Assembly (NCBI GenBank): GCA_904374795.1
Contig: CAJFEV010000001.1
Span: forward strand, 1-59,690
Direction: 5' to 3'
DNA from: an uncultured Bacilli bacterium
GTDB taxonomy: Bacteria > Bacillota_I > Bacilli_A > RF39 > UBA660
Length of the DNA: 59,690 nucleotides
The notes beneath the pieces are model-generated. The model was not told the origin of the DNA and searched no databases. It saw only the letters and a program-made list of their open reading frames with translations. Below are positions 10,157 to 18,652 of this stretch, in pieces. Position numbers and translations under genes: made by a program. Within the stretch, counting starts at the first letter, position 1; the number at the start of each line of letters is the position of its first letter.

Positions 10157-10594
10157 TTACCCTTCCTTCTTAGTACAATTTTCACTTATACTCATATCAT
10201 TTCCTATAAAAATATCAGTTATTCCACCATTTCCTTCATAACTATTGCAAGAAGCTAAATAGAAATCTCTATTAGCTAAATTATTGTCATCTTTCGAATA
10301 TTTATATATTATTGAACCACCATCATTTAAAGCATCATGATATTCCATTTTTGCAATGATATCGTCTACTGTAATATATTCATTTTTTAAAGCTCCCGAC
10401 AACTCTATTTTAGTATCACCATCTAAATAATAATTTTCAGCAAATGTTGAATAAACTTTTCTTCCATCGCTTAGTTCAAAAATTTCAATAAATGAACTAT
10501 TTAATTCCTGACCTTCAAAAGATAATATCGTTTGTTTTTTACATCCCGTTAAAAAAAGTAAAAATATTGGTATTAACAGTAATTTCTTTTTCAT
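10157..10594 (-). CDS. Small lipoprotein, unknown function
   Basis: Lipobox LLFLTGC at the N-terminus. Confidence 0.55.
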   Translation of the reverse strand: MKKKLLLIPIFLLFLTGCKKQTILSFEGQELNSSFIEIFELSDGRKVYSTFAENYYLDGDTKIELSGALKNEYITVDDIIAKMEYHDALNDGGSIIYKYSKDDNNLANRDFYLASCNSYEGNGGITDIFIGNDMSISENCTKKEG

Positions 10595-10684
10595 TTTCTT
10601 CCTCGCTTTCTTTTTTATTTTGCTATTACCTATTCCTTTCCAATAGTATATTGGTTACTAATTTTCTTTTCTGTTGATTATACT

Positions 10685-10729
10685 TTATCATGAAATCAAG
10701 AAAAAAAATAGTGTCAATTTGGCACTATT
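10685..10729 (-). terminator. Rho-independent terminator inside a ~45-nt repeat that is also present in the ICE cargo (49486-49530)
   Basis: On the minus strand, AAUAGUG-CCAAAUUGA-CACUAUU is followed by U8. Confidence 0.5.
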
Positions 10730-10872
10730 TAGTTTTTAAGTATTTTTCACTATAATTCTTTTCAAAATTCTCATATATTTTAATTTTCCACATTAGCTTT
10801 AATGATAAATCTGTTATTAATAAAATTTATAAATTACAAGAAGCTATTGGATTCTATTTAATTATTCATTTT

Positions 10873-11652
10873 TTATAAAGCTATGATATTTTCTCCATCA
10901 TTGACTACTCCAAAAGAAATAGTTCCTTCAGTTCCTTTATATTTGAAATCAACTTTTATCAGGTAAACATTTTCTTTTGAAATATATGGAGTTAAATCCT
11001 CTATGAATTTTCCTTCATATATTATAGAGTATTCTTTATATGCCCTTGTTATCATACTATTTTCACCAATGTAATACGAGCGTGAAAGATCATCGTTCCC
11101 TAATGAATAAGTGTATTTATCATCATAATCATATTGTAAAATCTGCATTCTTTCGTATGATGTATCATAATTTTCATATTTAGATTCTGTGTTACTATTA
11201 CAAGATATTGGAACTTTATCTTTATCGCTTTTAAGAAAACAAGTATATGATTTTATGCTTAATAAATATGATTCATCTGTTATTACATTATCTTTTTCAT
11301 TATTTTTAGAATAAAAAAATTCCGAATTTCCATTTGGTATTACCAAAAAAATTGGTATAATCGTTGTATTATTAATTTTTTCGCTAACACTTAATTCATG
11401 ATTGTTTATTTTAACTTCATAGAATCGTAGGTGCTTTTTCGCAACAAACATCCAACTAAAAGGTCCATAAAAAAAGAAAAATATTAGAAATATAATACAT
11501 ATACTTATTAAAAATATTCTTTTTTTTCTTTTCTTTTTTAAGTGTTTTAATGTTTCAAGTGAAGAAGCCATATAATCATTCAAAGTTTTCTTTTTCTCTT
11601 CTTCAGTTTCCATACTAAATTTCATTCCTTTCATTTTGTTCAAGGCACACAT
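10873..11652 (-). CDS. Membrane protein, unknown function
   Basis: Basic stretch KKKRKKR followed by TM segment IFLISICIIFLIFFFFY. Start uncertain, with several in-frame Met codons. Confidence 0.45.
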   Translation of the reverse strand: MCALNKMKGMKFSMETEEEKKKTLNDYMASSLETLKHLKKKRKKRIFLISICIIFLIFFFFYGPFSWMFVAKKHLRFYEVKINNHELSVSEKINNTTIIPIFLVIPNGNSEFFYSKNNEKDNVITDESYLLSIKSYTCFLKSDKDKVPISCNSNTESKYENYDTSYERMQILQYDYDDKYTYSLGNDDLSRSYYIGENSMITRAYKEYSIIYEGKFIEDLTPYISKENVYLIKVDFKYKGTEGTISFGVVNDGENIIAL

Positions 11653-11783
11653 AGGAACGAAAACCTTGAACTAAATTTATTTTTCTATATAATATCAGTC
11701 CTGAAGGAGTGTGTACTACAAAACACGGTGGGATGAGTTGCAGGCTTCTCGTAACTCTTAGGATTATAATTGTTTTCTTTCTT

Positions 11784-12350
11784 TTATTTAATTTTTGTAC
11801 ATTTTCCTTTTTTTACGAGATAAACATTTTTAGCTACATCCATTAAAGCTTTGTCATTATATGAATCTGTATAGACTGTTTGAATCTTTTTTTTAAGAAA
11901 TTTTTCTTGAAAAACTTTTACTTTATTTTTTCCAAAATTCAAAAAATAAATTTTACCTTTTTCTATATCAATTTCCGTAGCTACAATATTTTGCGTATTT
12001 AAATCAGACTCTATTTCTTTTATCAAAAACGATGGACTACATGTTAAAATTACATCTTCTTTTTTTATTTTAGCTAGCATGTTTGGATTTAATTTTTTTC
12101 GATTTTTTTGCCAAAAATCTTGAACAGATTTTTTTATAAATTCTTTATTTTGTAAAAAAGGTCCAGTAAATTTTTCTAATTCATTTTGAAATTCTACTGC
12201 ATTCATTTTACATCTTTTATACTTTATTAATAATCTCATTATTCCTGGTGCATATTTTAATAAACTTTTCTTTCTTTTGATAATAAACATAGCAAAATCA
12301 AAAGTACTCTCTCCATGATAAATTGTATTATCAAAGTCAAAAACTTGCAT
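11784..12350 (-). CDS. HAD-superfamily hydrolase (subfamily IB-like)
   Basis: Motif I FDFDNT (DxDxT) at the N-terminus and a C-terminal TDSYNDKALM (motif IV-like). Confidence 0.6.
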   Translation of the reverse strand: MQVFDFDNTIYHGESTFDFAMFIIKRKKSLLKYAPGIMRLLIKYKRCKMNAVEFQNELEKFTGPFLQNKEFIKKSVQDFWQKNRKKLNPNMLAKIKKEDVILTCSPSFLIKEIESDLNTQNIVATEIDIEKGKIYFLNFGKNKVKVFQEKFLKKKIQTVYTDSYNDKALMDVAKNVYLVKKGKCTKIK

Positions 12351-12812
12351 TTATCTGCCTCTTCCCTTTTTTTCTTCTTTTGTTTCCTCCATATACCTTT
12401 GAAACATTTCTTGTCTTTGTTTTTGAAGAATGATTTTATTTGTTATTTCTTTTTCTAACAGAGACATTTTATTCCACATCATTCGATATTCTTCATTTTT
12501 TATTTGATTTTTATATTTTTTTTGTAATATTTTTTTCGCTTTTAAAATTTCATCTAAAACTATATTTGTATCTCCTATTGTCCCATCATCTTCAATGCTA
12601 TCCATTACGATTTTGAAAAGACGACGAAAAGCCACTTGAAATTGTAATTTTAAAACTTTTTCTTTTAAAGAAGGATTGATAATGATAATTTCTTTTACTT
12701 CAATTAAATCTCTATGATTACGTAATTTAGGATTCATTTTAACCCCTTGACATACTGGCTTTCTTTTCCCTAAATTTTTTTTATTCTTTTCTTTTCGTAT
12801 TTGATAAGACAT
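12351..12812 (-). CDS. Basic, lysine-rich hypothetical protein
   Basis: ORF immediately downstream of trmD. An AGGTGA RBS lies 5 nt before the ATG at 12812. No motif recognised. Confidence 0.45.
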   Translation of the reverse strand: MSYQIRKEKNKKNLGKRKPVCQGVKMNPKLRNHRDLIEVKEIIIINPSLKEKVLKLQFQVAFRRLFKIVMDSIEDDGTIGDTNIVLDEILKAKKILQKKYKNQIKNEEYRMMWNKMSLLEKEITNKIILQKQRQEMFQRYMEETKEEKKGRGR

Positions 12813-12821
12813 CCTACTCAC

Positions 12822-13487
12822 CTACTTTTCTAATAAGTCTTTTCTTCTTTTTTTTGTGTTTTCTAAGGCTTGTTCTTCACGCCACTGTTTTATTTTTGCG
12901 TGGTCTCCAGATAATAATACTTCTGGAACTGTTAAGCCACGAAATGTAGCAGGTTTTGTGTAAGTTGGATAATCTAGGCGATTATTCATGAATGAATCTT
13001 CTAAATAAGAATCCTCTTTAATTACTCCAGGTAAAAGACGGATTACGGAATCCATAATCGCCATGGCTGGAATTTCTCCTCCAGTCAAAACGTAATCTCC
13101 AATGCTAATTTCTTCATCTACAAAGTTTCTGATACGTTCATCATATCCTTCGTAATGTCCACAGACAAAAATCAAATGTTTTTCTTTAGAAAGTTCTATA
13201 GCTTTTTTTTCTTTGTAAGGAACTCCTTGAGGACACATAAGTAAAACTTTTGAATCCATTGTTTTCACAGATTCAATAGCTTCTACTAGGGGTTCACAAC
13301 GAAGAACCATCCCTGAGCCTCCTCCGTAAGGCGTATCATCTACTTGGTGATTTGACAAATGAGAAAACTCACGGAAATCAATAATATTAATCTCAACAAT
13401 TCCTTTTTCTATTGCTCTTTTAATAATTGATTCTTCTAATATTCCTTCAAACATTTTTGGAAAAAGTGTTAAAATGTCAATTTTCAT
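12822..13487 (-). CDS. trmD: tRNA (guanine37-N1)-methyltransferase
   Basis: MKIDILTLFPKMFEG, YGGGSGMVL, CGHYEGYDERI, SIGDYVLTGGE. Confidence 0.9.
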   Translation of the reverse strand: MKIDILTLFPKMFEGILEESIIKRAIEKGIVEINIIDFREFSHLSNHQVDDTPYGGGSGMVLRCEPLVEAIESVKTMDSKVLLMCPQGVPYKEKKAIELSKEKHLIFVCGHYEGYDERIRNFVDEEISIGDYVLTGGEIPAMAIMDSVIRLLPGVIKEDSYLEDSFMNNRLDYPTYTKPATFRGLTVPEVLLSGDHAKIKQWREEQALENTKKRRKDLLEK

Positions 13488-13969
13488 AACATCAATCCTT
13501 TGATATTTTGGCCTATTACTTTTTTTTCTGGCCAGACAATTTCTTTAATATAAAAGTCGTTGTATGGAATTAAAAATGTTTTTTCTCCTACAACACTTAA
13601 TAAAATACCGCTTTTATTATATCGAATATTTTTAATTATTCCTAGTATTTTTCCTTCTTCACAGATAGAAAATCCTATTATATCTTGAAAAAGAAATTCG
13701 CCATTTTTTAACTCAAGCTCTTCTCTTTCGATAAAAATTTTTTGATGACGAAATTCTTCAACTTCATTGATATCTTCATGATTATCTATGCGAATCAAGA
13801 AACATCCTTTATGAGCCCTGATACTTGAAAGGATATGTTTTTGGTCTTTAATGTAAATGGGATGATTTTTTTTTAAAACTAAATCCTTTCGTTCAAAATC
13901 CGTAAAACACTTTAGTTCTCCTTTTAATCCAAAGGTAGAAGTCGTGTAACCAAAATATATTTTACTCAT
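13484..13969 (-). CDS. rimM: 16S rRNA processing protein RimM
   Basis: Position directly upstream of trmD with a 4-nt overlap. N-terminal FGLKGELK and a PRC-barrel-like C-terminus. Confidence 0.8.
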   Translation of the reverse strand: MSKIYFGYTTSTFGLKGELKCFTDFERKDLVLKKNHPIYIKDQKHILSSIRAHKGCFLIRIDNHEDINEVEEFRHQKIFIEREELELKNGEFLFQDIIGFSICEEGKILGIIKNIRYNKSGILLSVVGEKTFLIPYNDFYIKEIVWPEKKVIGQNIKGLML

Positions 13970-14696
13970 ACGTACTCCTCTTATTTATTTCATACATTAA
14001 TATGGAAGCGCTTACTCCAGCATTTAAGGATTCACAATTGCTATCCATAGGTATATAGAAGAATTTATCACAAAGAGCTCGTATATTTTTATTCATACCT
14101 GTTCCTTCACTGCCAATAATTAAGGCATACTGAGGTGGAAATACACTTTCTTCTACTAAAATTCCATCTTTAACATCTGTACCAAAAATCACATATTCAT
14201 CTTGAATGCTTTTTAAGAATTCTTCTAAATTTTTTCTAAAAATTTTTACATGAAAAAGCATTCCTTCTGTACTTCTTATTACTTTTGGATTATACACATC
14301 GACTGTGTGTTCACTTAGTACAATTTCTTTAAATCCAAAAGCTACAGCACTTCGAATAATCGTTCCTAAGTTTCCTGGGTCTTGAATATCATCTAAACAA
14401 AGTACAGGTCCCGGAGTAAAAACTTCTTCTTGTTTTTTACAAACTGCAACAACTGAGGAAGGACTAACTTGGTCACTGATTTTTTTCATAATTTCTTTCG
14501 TTACTGTAAAAGTTGGAATTCTACTATCTTGCTTATCTTCAGTAGTGATAATTTCTAGAACTAAACCTTTTTTCTTTGCTTCAGTTACTAAATGGTCGCC
14601 TTCGACTAAAAAAGTTCCCGTTTTATCTCTTTCTTTTTTATCTTTTAATCTGACCCATTTTTTTACTCGGTCGTTTTTTAAAGACTCAATTTTCAT
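13962..14696 (-). CDS. TrmH/SpoU-family RNA 2'-O-methyltransferase
   Basis: DPGNLGTIIRSA, IIGSEGTGM and SLNAGVSASILMYE (SpoU motifs 1-3). Confidence 0.8.
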   Translation of the reverse strand: MKIESLKNDRVKKWVRLKDKKERDKTGTFLVEGDHLVTEAKKKGLVLEIITTEDKQDSRIPTFTVTKEIMKKISDQVSPSSVVAVCKKQEEVFTPGPVLCLDDIQDPGNLGTIIRSAVAFGFKEIVLSEHTVDVYNPKVIRSTEGMLFHVKIFRKNLEEFLKSIQDEYVIFGTDVKDGILVEESVFPPQYALIIGSEGTGMNKNIRALCDKFFYIPMDSNCESLNAGVSASILMYEINKRSTYE

Positions 14697-15325
14697 CCTC
14701 TAAGCCTCCTTCTTGCTTCTTTATATTTTGGATAGTATTCACTCACGTGGTCCCAAAATCTGCTACTATGATTTGCTTCATAAAAATGACACAACTCATG
14801 GATAATTACATAATCTAATAAATCTAAATCTTTTTTTAATAATTCACTATTTAAAGTAATTGTATTGTTTCCTCGATTATTTACTCCCCATCTGGTTTTC
14901 ATTTTTCGAATTTTTAAAGAAAACTTTGGAATATTTTTAAAATAAGGAGTAATTCTTTCTACTTCACTTTTAAAAACTCGAATACATTCTTTTTGAAAAA
15001 ATTTTTCTAACGTTTTTTCATCTTTTGCTATAATACAATCACTTTCAAAAAAAACATTTTTACTTATTCCATCAAATACTTTTGTATAAGGTTTTCCTAA
15101 ATACCAAAAGAAAGCCTCTTTTTTTTCTTCATTTTCTTTTTTTTCAACCATTTTTAATAAAGAATCTTCATTTTTATAAAGAATTTTTTCTATTTCTCTT
15201 TCACTTACTAAACGACTACAGCTTACGGTTATTGTGTGGCTATCTTTAAATCGCATATAAATATTTTTATTTGGTTTTCTAATTATTTCAACATCAAAAG
15301 TTTTATTATTTAAACATACTTGCAT
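14693..15325 (-). CDS. YgjP-like (DUF45 / M48-type) zinc metallopeptidase
   Basis: HELCHFYEANHSSRFW (HExxH plus downstream H). The ATG at 15325 follows AGGGTGG. Confidence 0.75.
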   Translation of the reverse strand: MQVCLNNKTFDVEIIRKPNKNIYMRFKDSHTITVSCSRLVSEREIEKILYKNEDSLLKMVEKKENEEKKEAFFWYLGKPYTKVFDGISKNVFFESDCIIAKDEKTLEKFFQKECIRVFKSEVERITPYFKNIPKFSLKIRKMKTRWGVNNRGNNTITLNSELLKKDLDLLDYVIIHELCHFYEANHSSRFWDHVSEYYPKYKEARRRLRG

Positions 15326-15387
15326 GTAAACCACCCTATATATAGGATATCACAAAAAAAAGCACTTTAAAAGTGCAATTAACCTTT

Positions 15388-15703
15388 TTATAAGCTCAAA
15401 ACAAATGGACTTACTTGAGTTCCTTCTCCTGATATAATTTTAACATTTGAAACTAAATATAAAGCTGGGAAAACAGTACCTAAAAAATTAGCATCCCTAT
15501 AACTCACCTGACCATAAGAGCCACGTAAAGCATGAACATATGTAGTATTAGAAGAACTTGGCGTCAACATAAAATTTACATAATCAGCTATTTGAAGCCA
15601 ATCTCCTCCTCTACAATCAGTATTGGATGACCATTGATCTAAATTTAAATTTAAGCATGTCTCTCTATCTATATTATTTCCTCCACTTGTTGCATACCCA
15701 TAA
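15388..15703 (-). pseudogene. 3' fragment of a large secreted-protein gene split by ICE insertion (5' part at 58523-59690)
   Basis: The frame is open from the junction: (S)DYGYATSGGNNIDRETCLNLNLDQWSSNTDCRGGDWLQIADYVNFMLTPSS...VFPALYLVSNVKIISGEGTQVSPFVLSL. There is no start or RBS of its own, and the track's 60-aa ORF is only the part after the first Met. Confidence 0.75.
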
Positions 15704-17482
15704 TCGCTTGGCGCACCTATATGCAGTCAAGCCAGTTTTTTTATCCTCGCTCGTTACGTGCAAGGATTCATTATACGTACTAAATTTATCATTTATTTTC
15801 TCTGAAATCAAGCCTTTTATATCTTCATTCGTAATTATTTCAGATGTTTTTAAAATGAATTGTATGCTTTTGTAATCAAAAGTACCGTCATCTAATTTTT
15901 TTCCAATCACAATCCTATCTACTAAAGCTTCAAATATGTCATCGTCAAATTCTTTTAATTCGCGTTTTTCTTCAATTATACTAATTATCTTATTCATTTG
16001 TGCAATTTTTTCACTTTTCAATTGAGAATGTTGATGTAATTTTTCTAAAGCCTCTTTTATTTCTTCGTGTTTTATATCTAATTCAGCCATTTTACTATCT
16101 AAAACTTGTTTAGATATTTTATTGTCTAGGGCTAAATCCAATAGTTTTGATTGTTTTTGTACAATCATATCACGTTCTTTTTCTAATGAATAAATTTCTT
16201 TTTCTATGTTATCTTTATTCAATACTGTATCTACATAATGTAAAAACTGTTTTACATACTTATCTTTATCACTATATAATTGATTAAATAAAAACACAAA
16301 CATTTTTTTTAGCTCTTCATCTTTATATTTAATTTTATTCTCACAAGAGATTTCATGAAATTGACTTCTACATCCCCAAAATATTACTCTTTCACTGTTC
16401 ATATCTTTTTTATTTTTTATATAAGATCTTCTTACAAATCGTTCTCCACAAAATCCGCAATAAATCTTGCTGCTAAAAGCGTATCTTCTACTATATTTAT
16501 CACGATGATTTTTAGATTTATCGCTTCTTTTTTTATACATTTCATGTGCTTTCATCCACAACTCCTTTGAGATAATTGCTTCATGTTTGTTTTCCGTATA
16601 CCATTGTTTAGATTGACCTTGATTCATTTTCTTTCTATGAGTTACAGGGCTTTCAACAAAGGTTTTTCCAGTACAAAGATCACCTAAATATTTTTCGTTA
16701 AATAGTAATCTTCGAATGGTAGATGGACTCCATCTTTTTCCAGTTGGACTAAGTATTTTGTCATTATTTAATCCTTTACAAATCCTGCCAGAACCATATC
16801 CTCGAGCATATTCTTCAAAAATCCTTTTAACGATTTTAGCTTTTTCAGTATTAATCTCCAAAGTTTTTGCTTCTTTATTCCAATCATAGCCATAACACTC
16901 AGGACATCCAACATATTCTCCACGTTTCATTTTCATTTGCAATCCAGACTTCATATTTTCCGAAATAGATTCACTTTCTGCTTGAGCAAACGCACTATAC
17001 AATGTTAAAAAGAGCTCATTAGTAACAGAAAAAGTATGTATATTTTCTTTTTCAAAAAATACATCAACATTATGTGATTTCAGCAACCTTACAATATTTA
17101 ATGTATCTACAGTATTTCTAGCAAATCTTGAAATAGACTTTGTAATGATCATGTCGATTTTCTCATTAAGCGCATCTTTTATCATTTTATTAAAAGAATC
17201 GCGATTTTTGGTTTGTGTACCAGAAAGACCCTCATCAGCATATATTCCTGCAAATTCCCAGTTTGGATTTTGCTTAATTAATCCATCATAATATACATAT
17301 TGAGAATGAAAACTTGTTTGTTGCTCTTCAAAATCAGTACTTACTCTAACATATGCAGCTACCTTTAAACGCATTTTCGTATAAGATTGTGCAAATTCTT
17401 TAGTTATTACATTTTTACTTTCTTTTAATTCATCAAAATTAATTTCTTTTGTTTTAAGTGTTTTATCTTCCATATTATTCAT
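15674..17482 (-). CDS. Large serine recombinase (integrase of the element)
   Basis: The resolvase catalytic domain has AAYVRVSTDFEEQQTS (nucleophile Ser) and ITKSISRFARN. A recombinase domain follows, then a zinc ribbon (CGFCGERF...WGCRS) and a long coiled-coil. The last 9 codons lie in host DNA beyond the junction. Confidence 0.9.
   Translation of the reverse strand: MNNMEDKTLKTKEINFDELKESKNVITKEFAQSYTKMRLKVAAYVRVSTDFEEQQTSFHSQYVYYDGLIKQNPNWEFAGIYADEGLSGTQTKNRDSFNKMIKDALNEKIDMIITKSISRFARNTVDTLNIVRLLKSHNVDVFFEKENIHTFSVTNELFLTLYSAFAQAESESISENMKSGLQMKMKRGEYVGCPECYGYDWNKEAKTLEINTEKAKIVKRIFEEYARGYGSGRICKGLNNDKILSPTGKRWSPSTIRRLLFNEKYLGDLCTGKTFVESPVTHRKKMNQGQSKQWYTENKHEAIISKELWMKAHEMYKKRSDKSKNHRDKYSRRYAFSSKIYCGFCGERFVRRSYIKNKKDMNSERVIFWGCRSQFHEISCENKIKYKDEELKKMFVFLFNQLYSDKDKYVKQFLHYVDTVLNKDNIEKEIYSLEKERDMIVQKQSKLLDLALDNKISKQVLDSKMAELDIKHEEIKEALEKLHQHSQLKSEKIAQMNKIISIIEEKRELKEFDDDIFEALVDRIVIGKKLDDGTFDYKSIQFILKTSEIITNEDIKGLISEKINDKFSTYNESLHVTSEDKKTGLTAYRCAKRLWVCNKWRK
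15691..15728. repeat. Left attachment junction (host arm, TC core at 15704-15705, element arm 15706-15728)
   Basis: The element arm GCTTGGCGCACCTATATGCAGTC is a 20/23 inverted copy of 58498-58520. The same TC dinucleotide is present at 58521-58522. Confidence 0.7.
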
Positions 17483-17503
17483 AACCTTTCTATAATATTG
17501 AAA

Positions 17504-17716
17504 TCAAACACTCACTAAAATTTTTTTAGATGATATAAAGTCTTGATACGGGATATATAATGCTATTTTTTTTAAATAATTTTCGTCGATTAATTTTTTT
17601 ATTCTTTTATATTCTTCTTCACTTATTACCATACTAATTTGTGATAGCATAGTTTTCATATAAACGTATTCTTCAATTATTTCCTTATATTTATCACTTC
17701 TTTCTCCGTAATTCAT
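17504..17716 (-). CDS. Small hypothetical protein directly upstream of the recombinase (candidate directionality factor; function unknown)
   Basis: 70-aa ORF with a GAGGGGGG RBS before MNYGERSD. The call rests on position only. Confidence 0.35.
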   Translation of the reverse strand: MNYGERSDKYKEIIEEYVYMKTMLSQISMVISEEEYKRIKKLIDENYLKKIALYIPYQDFISSKKILVSV

Positions 17717-17949
17717 AATACCAACCCCCCTCAACAGCCAGTATTACATACCCATATCAAATCTTCATAACAACTTTTTTAAATTTTTATACTCCATTTA
17801 TTCCAATTCCTCCATTGACAACAGGAACCCATTTAAAATTCTGTTAATTACGACAAAAGCAACAAAAAACATGTTGCTTTTGCTTTTAGCATGACGAATT
17901 TTAAATGCCTATTGTCAATGGATTTTCTCGGCATAAATCATACATTTCA

Positions 17950-18465
17950 CTATGTTTCTAACATTGTTTCATTTTCTTCATCAAAGCCAAAATATTCTTC
18001 TTGGTAATTTAATAGTTCATGAATTAACTCGTTAAAATCAAATTCTGTTTTTTCTACTTCATCAATTTCTGATATGTCATATAACGTTTCCATCAAAAAA
18101 TCTATTTTGTCATACAATTTCAGTTTGTAAAAAGATGACAACCCTGGTTCTATCGATTTTTTATTTTTTATATATGGTTCTATATCAATACCATTCAGAT
18201 CCAAAGTTATATTTTCCTTTTTGGCTGCTAAAATTAATAGTTCTGTTGCAAGTTTCATAGGATCATCAAAATTAATACTGTTTGAGTCTAATACTAATTT
18301 GTTATTATCGTAAGCAGTATCACTATCTAAATAATTTCCATCATTAATTAAACCATTCGTCAAGTGGTTTAATATTACACTCATAAAGTAAAGCTTATTA
18401 GAATCCTCCAGCTTTCTAAATTGAATTACTGCATCTTTTGTTTGCTCACTAATTTTTTCTTTCAT
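17950..18465 (-). CDS. Strongly acidic hypothetical protein
   Basis: GAAGGAGG RBS. By my count about 37 D/E versus 17 K/R in 171 aa. No ArdA motif recognised. Confidence 0.5.
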   Translation of the reverse strand: MKEKISEQTKDAVIQFRKLEDSNKLYFMSVILNHLTNGLINDGNYLDSDTAYDNNKLVLDSNSINFDDPMKLATELLILAAKKENITLDLNGIDIEPYIKNKKSIEPGLSSFYKLKLYDKIDFLMETLYDISEIDEVEKTEFDFNELIHELLNYQEEYFGFDEENETMLET

Positions 18466-18652
18466 AATCTTCCTCCTTCAGAAGCATTTTTAAGCCCGTA
18501 TTACGTTGATTAATTTTATGACGTCCAGTAGATAAAACGCTGGCATTACTCTAAATCACAATCTTATAAACAGTCTAAAAACGCTTTTTTGTTTCAAACA
18601 ATTTATCACTCAAATCCCCAAAAAAATCAAGTACTATTTAGCAAAAATATTT

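Noticed and set aside
15388-15570. 60-aa ORF listed as an independent gene
   Set aside because: It has no RBS. The frame stays open upstream to the ICE junction at 15703 and continues the interrupted host gene. It is only the tail of the split ORF.
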